Assembly (NCBI GenBank): GCA_051872415.1 | Contig: JBJEDW010000042.1 | Location: 56,850 to 120,849 of the forward strand | Direction of reading: 5' to 3' | DNA from: Bacilli bacterium | GTDB taxonomy: Bacteria > Bacillota_I > Bacilli_A > RF39 > UBA660 | Length of the DNA: 64,000 nt | In this document: positions 51,700 through 62,026 of the stretch, in pieces | How positions within the stretch are numbered: the first letter of the stretch is position 1 | How the letters are laid out: the number at the start of each line of letters is the position of its first letter | Position numbers and translations under genes: made by a program | The notes under the pieces: model-generated | Told to the model about the DNA's origin: nothing | What the model saw: only the letters and a program-made list of their open reading frames with translations | Database searches by the model: none

Positions 51700-52130
51700 T
51701 ATTGTGCTTTTCACACCATTCTCTAAATACATAATTATAATAATCAGATGAAAAGTTGCGATATTCTTCATATAAATCATGTTTTTTCAAACAATCATAA
51801 AATTTATCCATATAATTGTGGTTTCTTAATATATAAAATAATTCTGTCTTGTTTGTTTATCATCCCAAATATTTTTTACAAATTCAGACATTGTTGATTT
51901 ATGATCAATAAATTCATAACTTGGCAGTGAATAAATATTTAAAGAAGCTTTAGATAGTAATTTTTCATAATCTTCATCAATTGGATTGTCAGGTAAATGC
52001 TTTTTTTAATAATCCCATGGATTTACTATTTCCATTATATCCGTTTTAAAAAAAACACATTCCCTGTCACGTATATTCATAAGAATATCTGCTATCGTAT
52101 ATTTTTTTAAATTATTCATTATTATCACCA
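51700..52130 (-). pseudogene. Decayed ORF with multiple in-frame stops
   Basis: Minus-strand translation gives recognisable segments (KKHLPDNPIDEDYEKLLSKASLNIYSLPSYEFIDHKSTMSEFVKNIWDDK) interrupted by stops. Confidence 0.4.
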
Positions 52131-52153
52131 TCTATCTAACATTTAAATTCTTA

Positions 52154-53041
52154 TTAATTATGACTCTTTTTATTTTTCGTTAAATTTTCTATAACATACT
52201 CATGAAGTCTTGGCATCGTAATTAATAAATAGACATAACGTTCCAAATACATAAAGATTTCGGAAGAATCGCCTCTACTATAATAACCAGGGTTTGCTTT
52301 ATCACTTTCTTTTATAGTACCATTAAAAAACTTAACAAAATTTGAATTGCATTTATTAACTCTATTTAAATATTCTTTAGCTTTCTTATCATTTCCAATC
52401 TTATAGTATAATGCAAATAAAGGAAATAACATTTCTAAATTTTCTTCTGGATATTTTTTATATAATTTCAGCATATCATTTTCTTCTTCTAATGTAGCAA
52501 GTATTGCCATTAATAAATATCTGGCTCCCATATTGTCATTTTCATTTAATCTTAAAACTTCTCTACATATACTTTCTGCTTGGCGTAATTTTCCTTCTTC
52601 TAATAAATATTCTGCTTTAACAACCAGCCCTCTAATATATGGTCTTGTTTCAAATATTCCATAAAAATATCCAATGTTTTCTTTATCAAAATATTTCTCT
52701 TTTGTTAATCTATTTTTTTCAGCTTCTAAGCCATCATCTAAAAGTTTCATTCTTTTTATTCCATTTTCCTCTAAATCACATTGAAATAAAATTGCATCAA
52801 AACATTCTGGCGATTTTTCATATGCTTTTTTTGCTAACTTTATAGCCTCTTTCTCGTTTCTTGCATTTTGTGCTTCTTCTAATATTTCATAAGCATCATC
52901 AAGTGGTGTATTTTCATATTCTATTTCTCCATTGTTATACATTTTTATAAATTCTTGTAATTTTTCATTTGCTTCATCAATGCTTTCAACATTATTATTT
53001 TTTAAATATTCTTGTAACATATTATTAAACTTATTATCCAT
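52154..53041 (-). CDS. Hypothetical helical-repeat (TPR-like) protein, 295 aa
   Basis: Repeated amphipathic helix pairs (AIKLAKKAYEKSPECFDAIL, EGKLRQAESICREVLRLNENDNMGARYLLMAI). No catalytic motif. Confidence 0.45.
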   Translation of the reverse strand: MDNKFNNMLQEYLKNNNVESIDEANEKLQEFIKMYNNGEIEYENTPLDDAYEILEEAQNARNEKEAIKLAKKAYEKSPECFDAILFQCDLEENGIKRMKLLDDGLEAEKNRLTKEKYFDKENIGYFYGIFETRPYIRGLVVKAEYLLEEGKLRQAESICREVLRLNENDNMGARYLLMAILATLEEENDMLKLYKKYPEENLEMLFPLFALYYKIGNDKKAKEYLNRVNKCNSNFVKFFNGTIKESDKANPGYYSRGDSSEIFMYLERYVYLLITMPRLHEYVIENLTKNKKSHN

Positions 53042-53066
53042 TTACTTCACCTTCTACTTTCTATTT

Positions 53067-53501
53067 TTAACAATCTTTTTCATATTCTATTTTATTATCA
53101 ATACACCATTGTTCAGCAATTTTCTTATATTCATTATCTCGAAATTTATACCAATCATCAGTTATATTATTGTAATCAGTTATTTCTCTAAACCTATGAA
53201 AAGTTCCGTTTCCTCTAGTTACGTTAAATAATTCATTTCTTATTAAATCATTACTTATATTACTAATAAAATCCTGCATAATATCATAATCATTTTTTGT
53301 ATAAAAATTAAACATACTAATGATATCATCATTGAATTCATCATCTTCTGTATATGTAGATTCCTCTTTGTTAAAATCCCATTGCCACAAAACTTCATTT
53401 GTTTTAGTATTAAAATAACAACTTGTTTCCATACTAACATCATATAATGCATCTCTTATTTCAGATAATTTTATCATATTTACTTCACCTACTACTTTCA
53501 T
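53067..53501 (-). CDS. Hypothetical acidic protein, 144 aa
   Basis: ORF 26 bp downstream of 52154..53041. Preceded by the TGCAGAATTCTCTGCA palindrome at 53526-53541. Confidence 0.45.
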   Translation of the reverse strand: MKVVGEVNMIKLSEIRDALYDVSMETSCYFNTKTNEVLWQWDFNKEESTYTEDDEFNDDIISMFNFYTKNDYDIMQDFISNISNDLIRNELFNVTRGNGTFHRFREITDYNNITDDWYKFRDNEYKKIAEQWCIDNKIEYEKDC

Positions 53502-53586
53502 TCTGCGGTAATTATTGTAGAACTATGCAGAATTCTCTGCACATTTTTATTATTAAATATTTCTTAATAACATAGGATTTTTCATT

Positions 53587-54801
53587 TTAAAATTCTTCAC
53601 TTAATAAAAAATCAATCAAATTCAAATGAATAATACCATCACGAGATAAATCTATCTTATCAAGAGAAATAACATATTTTGGATAATTATCTTCTATAGA
53701 TTTATACGCTCCAAATTCTCTTTCAATAGTACTTTCATTGCCTTTCATTTCATAAGTGACTTGAATATATTTAATATTTCCATCTTTCTTTGCTAAAAAG
53801 TCAACTTCACCATTTTTAGTTTTACCAATATATACTTCATAGTTTCTATTTATTAATTCGTTATAAACAATATTTTCTAAAACAACATAACTTTTAAATT
53901 CTGGATTATTATTTTTAATTTGGGCAATTCCTAAATCAGTTGCATAATACTTATTTAACGTTTTTAAAACTCCTTTACCTGCAATATCATATCTATATAC
54001 CTTTTTAAGTATTAATGCTTTACATAAAGCATCTATATAATTATATAATGTTTCATTAGATATTTTTTTATTTTCTTTATCTAGATATTTTATAATATTA
54101 TCAGAAGAAAACTCACGACCAGCAGTTTCAATCAAATATTGTAATATCATATCAAACAAAACTGTATCTTTTAAATTTAATCTTTTTACAACATCTCTTA
54201 AAATAATTGAATCATATACACTATGAAGATAATTTTTAATATCAATTTCATTTGTAAACTCACATCTATTAGGAAGTCCACCCCATTTAGCGTAATCCCA
54301 AAAAGTATCTAAGTCTTTTCCATCTTTATTTGTTAAAGAAACATACTCTTTATAAGATAAAGGATTAATATTAAATGAAACATATCTTCCTGATAAAACT
54401 GATGACAATTCATCTGATAACATTTTACTATTAGAACCAGTTAAAAATATGCTTATATTTTTTATTGAAGCTCTTAATGAATTAACAACTTTTTCAAAGT
54501 TATCTACATTTTGAATTTCGTCTAAAAACAAATAATATATTTTATTATCTTGAATTTTATCTTTTACGTATTTATTTAGCTTTTTATAATCTAGTAATTC
54601 TTCAAATTCAATAAATTCAAAATTAATAAATATTATATGTTCTTCATCAATTTTTCTTTTTTCTTTTAATTCTTCTATTATTTGATTTAGAATAACTGAT
54701 TTACCGCATCTTCTTATACCAACCAATATTTTAATTAAATCTGAATCATAAAATCCTCTTATTTTAGATAAATAATCTTCTCTTAAAAGCATATTAATCA
54801 C
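53587..54801 (-). CDS. AAA ATPase of the AAA_14 + DUF4143 family
   Basis: VGIRRCGKS Walker A, LFLDEIQ Walker B and a C-terminal DUF4143-like region. Confidence 0.7.
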   Translation of the reverse strand: MINMLLREDYLSKIRGFYDSDLIKILVGIRRCGKSVILNQIIEELKEKRKIDEEHIIFINFEFIEFEELLDYKKLNKYVKDKIQDNKIYYLFLDEIQNVDNFEKVVNSLRASIKNISIFLTGSNSKMLSDELSSVLSGRYVSFNINPLSYKEYVSLTNKDGKDLDTFWDYAKWGGLPNRCEFTNEIDIKNYLHSVYDSIILRDVVKRLNLKDTVLFDMILQYLIETAGREFSSDNIIKYLDKENKKISNETLYNYIDALCKALILKKVYRYDIAGKGVLKTLNKYYATDLGIAQIKNNNPEFKSYVVLENIVYNELINRNYEVYIGKTKNGEVDFLAKKDGNIKYIQVTYEMKGNESTIEREFGAYKSIEDNYPKYVISLDKIDLSRDGIIHLNLIDFLLSEEF

Positions 54802-54833
54802 CTCTGATTACATTATATATTATTTTTATATTT

Positions 54834-54871
54834 TTGTAAAGTTATTACGGTTAATCGTAATAACTTTACAA
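54834..54871. promoter_or_regulatory. Perfect 16-bp-arm palindrome TTGTAAAGTTATTACG-GTTAAT-CGTAATAACTTTACAA
   Basis: Read directly. Lies between the amidase stop and the start of the DUF4143 ATPase. No flanking T run, so operator-like rather than a terminator. Confidence 0.5.
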
Positions 54872-55039
54872 ATGTAAAAATTATTACACCAGTAGTATAT
54901 TGGTCAAAAAATAAAATTCTATAAATTATATTCAATTTATTTCAAACAATCCATTTTTTATCAAAACACAAAATAGATTAAAATATCTACAAGAATATCT
55001 CAATCTATTATAAATAATTACCAAAAAATGGAAAATAAA

Positions 55040-56233
55040 CTAAGGTATCAAAAGAGTTTGCCCTATTTGCAAAACATCACTAGATAAATTATTAAGCTTA
55101 ATTAAATCATTAACATTAACATCATAATTTTGAGCTATTTTCCACAAACTATCACCACTTTTAACAACATAAGTTTCATATTCACTAGTCTCAGGTATAA
55201 TAAGTTGTTGTCCTATACTAAGCATGTTACTACTTAAATTATTTGCATCTTTAAGTTCATTAACAGTTATATTATATTTCTTAGCAATACTCCATAAACT
55301 ATCACCTGATTTTACTACATAAATAATTTCATCACTATCAAGAGTAACACTAGGTATTAAAAGTTGTTGTCCAATTTGTAATAAAGTAGTTCCTAAATTA
55401 TTATAATTGGCAATATCATTAACACTAACACCATATTGATTTGCAATCTCCCATAAAGAGTCACCCTTTTTAACAGTATAAACCACATAATCACCTGGAA
55501 GAACATTGTTAGAAGCAGGAATGATTAAAGTTTGTCCAATATTAATAAGATTACCACTAAGTCCATTAGCACTCTTCAAGCTTTCAACACTAACACCATA
55601 TTTATTAGCTATTCCATATAAACTATCACCCTTTTTAACAACATAAGTATTAGCACTTACACCAGGAGCAACATAAGGAACACCTATATAATCCGCAACT
55701 GCTTTTACAACAGCTTCAACATAATCATCTAAATTATTCTTAAGTTGACTTATATCATCCTTAGGACTATCAATAAAACCATACTCCACTAAAATAGGTT
55801 GGGTCTTCCCAGTTTCCCTATGAATAAAGTAATAATCCTTAGTAGGATCACTAGGAAGTCTTCTTTGATAATAACTACGAATATTTTGTCCTGTTTTAGC
55901 AATATTATTAAGAACAGATTTAGCTAAAGTATCACTATTTCTTAGAGCATAGACTACTTCAGCACCATCGCCACCTCCCGCATTTATGTGATTAGAAATA
56001 ACTATCACATCATCTCTATTACCAAAAGCATTAAGTATCCTACTAACTCTTTCAGTCTTAGAAAGCGTCTCATCAGTATCACGAGTAAGTTTAACAGGAA
56101 TTCCAAGTTCATTAAACCTATCATACATATATAAAGCAGCCTCTAAAGTAAAATCTTTTTCCTGTAAATTTCCATTAATAGCACCAGGATCAACTCCTCC
56201 ATGTCCTGCATCCACTACTATTTTATAATTCAT
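55040..56233 (-). CDS. N-acetylmuramoyl-L-alanine amidase (Amidase_3) with 4 LysM repeats, intact
   Basis: MNYKIVVDAGHGGVDPGA...SNHINAGGG...E. The C-terminus has four LysM repeats of the type YVVKKGDSLYGIANKYGVSV. Confidence 0.85.
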   Translation of the reverse strand: MNYKIVVDAGHGGVDPGAINGNLQEKDFTLEAALYMYDRFNELGIPVKLTRDTDETLSKTERVSRILNAFGNRDDVIVISNHINAGGGDGAEVVYALRNSDTLAKSVLNNIAKTGQNIRSYYQRRLPSDPTKDYYFIHRETGKTQPILVEYGFIDSPKDDISQLKNNLDDYVEAVVKAVADYIGVPYVAPGVSANTYVVKKGDSLYGIANKYGVSVESLKSANGLSGNLINIGQTLIIPASNNVLPGDYVVYTVKKGDSLWEIANQYGVSVNDIANYNNLGTTLLQIGQQLLIPSVTLDSDEIIYVVKSGDSLWSIAKKYNITVNELKDANNLSSNMLSIGQQLIIPETSEYETYVVKSGDSLWKIAQNYDVNVNDLIKLNNLSSDVLQIGQTLLIP

Positions 56234-56421
56234 AAACTATCACCTAAAATATCTTATGAAAAAAATCAAAAATGGTGCAAATATATTAAATGTAAACAAA
56301 ACAAAATTACCAAAAATTACCAAAAAAAATAGGTTGACATAGTCAACTCTAAGCCTCTCCATTCCAAAAATATAAAGGAATTTAGAAAGTTTTCGCAAAT
56401 AATACTATTAGGAGGTGTTAT

Positions 56422-56550
56422 ATGTCAAATTTAAATAATTCAGAACTAATGAATATTTATGGCGGTAGAGCAGGATTTGCTTTACCTAATTTTGATGCTT
56501 ATATCAAAATGTTTAATTGGATTTATAAAACTGTTAAATCCTGGTTCTAA
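56422..56550 (+). CDS. Double-glycine-leader bacteriocin-like peptide (42 aa), unannotated
   Basis: TAGGAGGTG RBS. MSNLNNSELMNIYGG|RAGFALPNFDAYIKMFNWIYKTVKSWF. Confidence 0.6.
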   Translation: MSNLNNSELMNIYGGRAGFALPNFDAYIKMFNWIYKTVKSWF

Positions 56551-56644
56551 TTTTTTACAGTAGTATTTTTGCTACTGCTTTTAATTTTTAATAATATATA
56601 AATGATTAAACATATAACACCAAATACAAAGTAAACTATATTAT

Positions 56645-57060
56645 TCAATTAATATATCCTATCATTGCATAAATATTGTGTATAAAATGCATAATTATTG
56701 GATATATTAAATTATCCATTTTAAAGTAAGAATAATTCCATATTAAACTAATAACTAATAGTATTACAAAAACATCTATCCCATAAAAATGTATTAATGA
56801 AAATATTATTGAAGTTAATAGCATAATTATAATATTAGATTTAAATTTTTTATTTAAATATTCATATAATCCAAATCTAAATATTATTTCTTCAAAAATT
56901 GGAGCAAACAAACACATAGTAACTATTTCTAAAACTATAGACCAAAAATTCGTTGGAATATTTGAAATAGTTTCATCTATTGGTAAAAAATAAATTGTTT
57001 GTTCAATTATATTCTTAATATTTCTAAAGGAAAGTGTTTATCAATATTTTTTACTTCCAT
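56645..57060 (-). pseudogene. CPBP-family (Abi/CAAX) immunity-type protease, N-terminal part disrupted
   Basis: ORF 56645..56917 carries EEIIFRFGLY and SLIHFYG. Upstream TM-coding sequence is out of frame. Confidence 0.55.
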
Positions 57061-57189
57061 AAAACCACCTATAATTTTTTTATATAATACCTGATATAAT
57101 TTTTAATTTTGCCTGGTATTATGAAACAACATTTAAAAATTATTCTTTATTTAAATATTTTCAATTTATCCTATCAATCTATAGTTTGA

Positions 57190-58482
57190 TTAATTTTTTA
57201 AATTTCCAATAGAAACAACATATACCCCATCTTCACGAACATAAGATAATTCCGAAGCTGTTAACACCATTAAAAATGCCGGTTCCCCGCTTTTAGCTAT
57301 ATCTATTTTATCTTTAAATTGGATTAATGTCTTAGCAGCATCATCAATTTGTTTTGCTCCCATTTTAACTTCAATTGCACCCCATTTACCATCAGAAGTT
57401 TTTAATATAAAATCGACTTCAAAATCTTTGTTATCTCTAAAATAGAATAAATCTGCATTTATAGATTCGGCATATATTTTTAAATCTCTATAACACAAGT
57501 TTTCAAAAATAAATCCAGTAAAATTTAAATCATTTATTAAATTTTCTTTTTTTAATCCTAAAGACGCTATTGCTATAGAAGGATCTATTAATTCTAATTT
57601 AGGACTTGTTCTTAATTGTATTGATGATCTTAAATTCAAATTAGTTGCAGGAACATATTCGAGAACAAATAATTTTTCTAACGTTAATAAATAATCATCA
57701 ACGGTAGGTCTTGAAATTCCTAGATTAAATAAATTTGATGTATCGTTTACAATTGTAATTTTATTTGTTGCTGTTGAAACATTTCTACTAATACTTTTTA
57801 ATAAAGCTTCCATTTTATATTTATCTCGTTCAATGCCATCTAATGATTTTACATCTTCATTAATTAAACTTTTAACATATTCTGTAGCAACTTTAAATTT
57901 ATTTTCACCAGCAATATTTAATGATTCAGGCCATCCACCTCTTATCATTACATTAATAATATCATCAAAAGATAAACTAGAAACTCCAGATATATCTTTA
58001 CTATTTATAATGTCTAATAATGATACTTTTCCATTTGATTCTCCAGATTCATACAATGACATTGTTCTCATCATTAGCTTTGTTATCCTACCTGTACCAG
58101 TATGCATAATCTCGTTTTCAACTGGTCTTGCAGAACCCGTCAAGATATATTGTCCTTTTAAACTAGTATGATCAATATCCATTCTAATAGAATCCCATAT
58201 AACAGGATACATTTGCCATTCATCAAATAATCTTGGTTTTTCACCTTCTAGAAACAACGATGGTTTTGTATTACTAATATTATCATATTGAATTTTTTTA
58301 TCAGGATCTTGTAATTCAACTAAACTATTACAAAATTGTTTCGCAGTCGTTGATTTTCCACACCATTTTGGTCCTTCTATCACAATTGCTCCCATATATT
58401 CAAGCTTATTTTTTATTATATTATCTACAATTCTAGGCATATATTTTTTCATAAATGAATCCCTCCAAATATTATTATACAC
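57190..58482 (-). CDS. AAA ATPase of the AAA_14 + DUF4143 family (second copy, diverged)
   Basis: IEGPKWCGKST Walker A and a DUF4143-like C-terminus. Confidence 0.7.
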   Translation of the reverse strand: MYNNIWRDSFMKKYMPRIVDNIIKNKLEYMGAIVIEGPKWCGKSTTAKQFCNSLVELQDPDKKIQYDNISNTKPSLFLEGEKPRLFDEWQMYPVIWDSIRMDIDHTSLKGQYILTGSARPVENEIMHTGTGRITKLMMRTMSLYESGESNGKVSLLDIINSKDISGVSSLSFDDIINVMIRGGWPESLNIAGENKFKVATEYVKSLINEDVKSLDGIERDKYKMEALLKSISRNVSTATNKITIVNDTSNLFNLGISRPTVDDYLLTLEKLFVLEYVPATNLNLRSSIQLRTSPKLELIDPSIAIASLGLKKENLINDLNFTGFIFENLCYRDLKIYAESINADLFYFRDNKDFEVDFILKTSDGKWGAIEVKMGAKQIDDAAKTLIQFKDKIDIAKSGEPAFLMVLTASELSYVREDGVYVVSIGNLKN

Positions 58483-58649
58483 TATTTTTATTATTTTACA
58501 AATTTTATTTTACATTTTGTACTGTTTATGTTTTACGTTTTGTACTTTTTTTATTTTGCATTTTGCCTTTTTTATTTTATGCGCATTATTCATATTTAAT
58601 ATTATATAAAAAACTAAACATAATAACTTTTTATTTTTTATCTCAATAC

Positions 58650-58946
58650 TCAATCAATTCCTTTGTAGTGGTAACTAAACTCTGCACCTCCCGCATTTAT
58701 GTGATTAGAAATAACTATAACATCATCTCTATTACCAAAAGCATTAAGTATCCTACTGACTCTCTCACTCTTAGAAAGGGTCTCATCAGTATCACGGGTA
58801 AGTTTTACAGGAACACCAAGTTCATTAAACCTATCATACATATATAAAGCAGCTTCTAAAGTAAAATCTTTCTCCTGCAAATTACCATTAACAGCACCAG
58901 GATCTACTCCTCCATGATCAGCATCCACTACTATTTTATAATTCAT
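58650..58946 (-). pseudogene. N-terminal about 87 codons of the amidase (DADHGG variant) with promoter, severed after HINAGG
   Basis: About 97% nucleotide identity to 55976-56340, including about 100 bp upstream. Diverges exactly after CACCT (58684-58688). Confidence 0.75.
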
Positions 58947-59042
58947 AAACTATCACCTAAAATATCTTATGAAAAAAAGCAAAAATGGTGCAAATATATT
59001 AAATGTAACCAAAACAAAATTACCAAAAATTACCAAAAGAAA

Positions 59043-59786
59043 TTAACAGCGCCTAACTCTAAACTTCTCCATAAAAGTAAATCTACCAAAAATAATATAA
59101 AAACAAGAGCACAAAGAAATAATAAAAGCACTAATAGAATTAACAAACAAATCCTCCATAGTATCAATAAGCCCAATATCCAAATATCCATCATCTAAAA
59201 CAATAACAGAACCATCAACATAAATCTCTGCCTTTTCAATATTTCTAATTTTACTAACAACTAAATTTTCTCTATCTAAACTAACAGTATTAAACTTCTC
59301 AACATAAGTATCTTTCTGCATATCAAAACCAAAGCAGTTATCAAATGCAAATTCCGTAAATTCCCAAAACACCCCAACTGAAATAGAAAAACAAAACACA
59401 AACAAAAAACACATCAAAAACATATTTTTTACCTTACTACATCTTTTTAAAAACCCATAAATCAAAGAAAAACCAAAAGAAGCAGTAATTACCCCTGCTA
59501 AAAAATGTAAAAAATTATCCCAAAAGGAAAAAATAGTATAAAAATTAAACACTTCTCCTAGTATCTCAGCTAAAAATATGAAAGAAAAAATAAAAAATCG
59601 AAGCAAAAAAGGAATCTCAAATCCAAAAAACTTTTCAACAAACAAACACAATAAAAACAAAAAAGAAGTCAAAAAAGAAATAAAAACCATCCTATGCTCT
59701 CCAATACAAAACCCATAACACAAACACAAAAAAGTTAAAAAATAAAACAAATAAAATATACTCTTTCTCTTCTTCAAATCTTTCAC
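59043..59786 (-). CDS. Polytopic membrane protein of unknown function
   Basis: At least 6 hydrophobic helices, Phe/Cys-rich. Confidence 0.5.
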   Translation of the reverse strand: MKDLKKRKSIFYLFYFLTFLCLCYGFCIGEHRMVFISFLTSFLFLLCLFVEKFFGFEIPFLLRFFIFSFIFLAEILGEVFNFYTIFSFWDNFLHFLAGVITASFGFSLIYGFLKRCSKVKNMFLMCFLFVFCFSISVGVFWEFTEFAFDNCFGFDMQKDTYVEKFNTVSLDRENLVVSKIRNIEKAEIYVDGSVIVLDDGYLDIGLIDTMEDLFVNSISAFIISLCSCFYIIFGRFTFMEKFRVRRC

Positions 59787-59831
59787 CTAATAAAATATAT
59801 CAACTCAAAACAAAAAAAATGATAACTAATA

Positions 59832-61070
59832 TCATTTTTCCTTCAAATTAATAGAAACATCCACAAGCTTTCCATCTCTTTCAACAGTAAATAAAGCTTT
59901 ATCTCCAACCTCTTGTTTAAATAACTCGTATCGTAAATAAGCCATATTATCAACACTGTTTCCATTAAGCTTTATAATAATATCACCAACCATAAGCTTT
60001 CCATCAGCAGAAGTACCAGATTGAACTTCCTCAATAACCACTCCTTTTTCAAGTTTAGTATCAACCTTTTTAGAAAGACCATAATACTCCATAGCTTCTT
60101 GATTTTCTAAATTAACCATAGAAATACCTAAATAAGGTCTTTTAATATTTTCTCCCTTTTCAAATGTATCTAAATGCCCCTTAATATCTTCAATAGAAAT
60201 AGCAAATCCCATTCCTTCAACTTCATTTTTAACAAGTTTAAGAGAATTCATTCCAATAACTTCACCATTAACATTACAAAGAGGCCCACCACTATTACCA
60301 GGATTCATAGCGGCATCAGTTTGAAGAAGCTTCATAACATAATCTTCTACACCCCCACTAACAGCAACTGTAACAAGTCTATCCTTACCAGATAAAATAC
60401 CTCGAGTAACAGTACCTCTATATTCATCTCCAACTGGAGAACCTACAGTAAATACAGTATCACCAAGTACAGCACTTGTACTAGAACCAAGCTCAGCAAC
60501 CTGCTTAACAGCACCATCATCAACACTTATAATAGCAATATCTAAATATTGATCCCCACCAACATATTTAGCATCAACTTTAGAATCATCTGAAAAAGAA
60601 ACCTTCAAAGAACTACTACCATTAACAACATGATAATTAGTTAAAATATATCCTTTACCTGAATCTTTTTTATATACAAAACCTGTTCCAGAAACAGAAA
60701 GTTTATCATTCTTATAATTCTCTATATAAACAGTAGCATCATAAACTTTCTTTATCCCTAAATTAAGCCCCTTATCAACAAGTTCTACCTGAGCAGTGGA
60801 AGATTTAAACATAACTTCTTTAAAACAAAATACAAAAATAATAGCAACTACAAATCCAAGAACAAACAAAAGAATATACTTAATATTCTTACTCAAAAAA
60901 TCACTTTTCTTAACAGATTGACTCAAAGATTCACTCTTCTCATTATTTCTTGTAAAGCTTTTCTTTTTATCAGAATTATCCTCATAAACAACTTCAGCAT
61001 CAATTACTTTATCACTAATAACTTCAGTTTCATCTTCTTTTAATTTTTTTTCCTCATTACCTGTTTCCAT
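59832..61070 (-). CDS. htrA: HtrA/DegP-family serine protease (trypsin domain + PDZ), membrane-anchored
   Basis: His in TNYHVV, Asp in DIAII, Ser in GNSGGPL. C-terminal PDZ. N-terminal TM. Confidence 0.85.
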   Translation of the reverse strand: METGNEEKKLKEDETEVISDKVIDAEVVYEDNSDKKKSFTRNNEKSESLSQSVKKSDFLSKNIKYILLFVLGFVVAIIFVFCFKEVMFKSSTAQVELVDKGLNLGIKKVYDATVYIENYKNDKLSVSGTGFVYKKDSGKGYILTNYHVVNGSSSLKVSFSDDSKVDAKYVGGDQYLDIAIISVDDGAVKQVAELGSSTSAVLGDTVFTVGSPVGDEYRGTVTRGILSGKDRLVTVAVSGGVEDYVMKLLQTDAAMNPGNSGGPLCNVNGEVIGMNSLKLVKNEVEGMGFAISIEDIKGHLDTFEKGENIKRPYLGISMVNLENQEAMEYYGLSKKVDTKLEKGVVIEEVQSGTSADGKLMVGDIIIKLNGNSVDNMAYLRYELFKQEVGDKALFTVERDGKLVDVSINLKEK

Positions 61071-62026
61071 TAAAACAACTCCTTCTTAAATATTCCCTTA
61101 ATATCACTCCAATTATCTGGAAATCCCATTCTATCAAGAACTTTATTAATAGGTATAGTCCTTAAATTAAAATCTAAATTATTAATAGCATCCTCTATTT
61201 CTAAAACTAAATCATTAACTTCATTCTCCTTAAGCATAGACTTAAGAATAATAACAAGAGCAAATAAATCATTCTTACCATAAATATACTCATTATCCAT
61301 CATAGGAATATTAAGTTTTCTATGATACACAGAATCTTCAATACATTTTTGAGTTCTATTTTCATAAACAATATCCTCATGAGCACATAAATTACGATAA
61401 TTAGACAAAATACTAAGATTATTCATAAAAGCTTTTAAATCAAGATCATAAAATTCAATAATATCATATTGATCCTCTTTCTTTAAAACCGAAAAAAGCT
61501 CAACAACAATTCCAAAAGACAACACCTTAACAAGAACCCACAAAGGAATATAGCCATAATTAAGAGCATAATGTCTAGTAGCAGAATGAACAGTAGCATT
61601 AGTCTTAATTTGTCTTTTCATTTTACCAATCACATCATTTACTTGCCTTCTGCAATCAAAAGATGTATTAAAATTAGAAGACTTTAAATATTCCTTTTCT
61701 CTATAACCATATTTCTTAGAAAGTTGATAAGATATTATAGACTTAATATTATTCTCAATTATTAAAATATTTTTAAATAATATATTTCTAAGACGCCTAT
61801 CAAATAAAAATAAACTATATACTTCTTCAAACTTAGTACCTTCAATATATCTAGATTTATCCTTTGATTTCATAAAAAGATGACGATATCCATTCAAAAA
61901 GAAATAATTTTCCCTAAGAAGAACTTCCTTAGCAAACTCTTCATCATCTATTACAAGACCCTTATCCCTCAAAATCTTAATTTGTTCATCTAAAGACTTA
62001 AATGTTTTGCTTCTCATAAGTACCAC
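61070..62026 (-). CDS. Abi_2 family abortive-infection protein (AbiD/AbiF-like)
   Basis: LDEQIKILRDKGLVIDDEEFAKEVLLRENYFFLNGYRHLF matches the Abi_2 N-terminal signature. Its stop overlaps the htrA start codon. Confidence 0.65.
   Translation of the reverse strand: MVLMRSKTFKSLDEQIKILRDKGLVIDDEEFAKEVLLRENYFFLNGYRHLFMKSKDKSRYIEGTKFEEVYSLFLFDRRLRNILFKNILIIENNIKSIISYQLSKKYGYREKEYLKSSNFNTSFDCRRQVNDVIGKMKRQIKTNATVHSATRHYALNYGYIPLWVLVKVLSFGIVVELFSVLKKEDQYDIIEFYDLDLKAFMNNLSILSNYRNLCAHEDIVYENRTQKCIEDSVYHRKLNIPMMDNEYIYGKNDLFALVIILKSMLKENEVNDLVLEIEDAINNLDFNLRTIPINKVLDRMGFPDNWSDIKGIFKKELF

Larger units (their letters stand above)
51648..58683. mobile_element. ~7.0-kb insert splitting an amidase gene, flanked by a 5-bp CACCT direct repeat
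   Basis: Left: amidase 3' part. Right: amidase 5' part plus promoter (58684-59040). Removing 51648-58688 restores ..HINAGG|GDGAEVV... No recombinase gene is present. Confidence 0.55.

Noticed and set aside
56336-56350. GTTGAC-ATA-GTCAAC palindrome as a sigma-70 promoter for the bacteriocin gene
   Set aside because: It contains a TTGACA hexamer, but no -10 element lies at a 16-19 bp spacing. It may be a regulator site, with too little evidence to call.
51648-58683. Terminal inverted repeats or a transposase that would make the 7-kb insert a classical transposon
   Set aside because: The 30 bp inside each junction show no convincing inverted symmetry, and no transposase or integrase ORF is present. 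Only the 5-bp CACCT direct repeat supports mobility.
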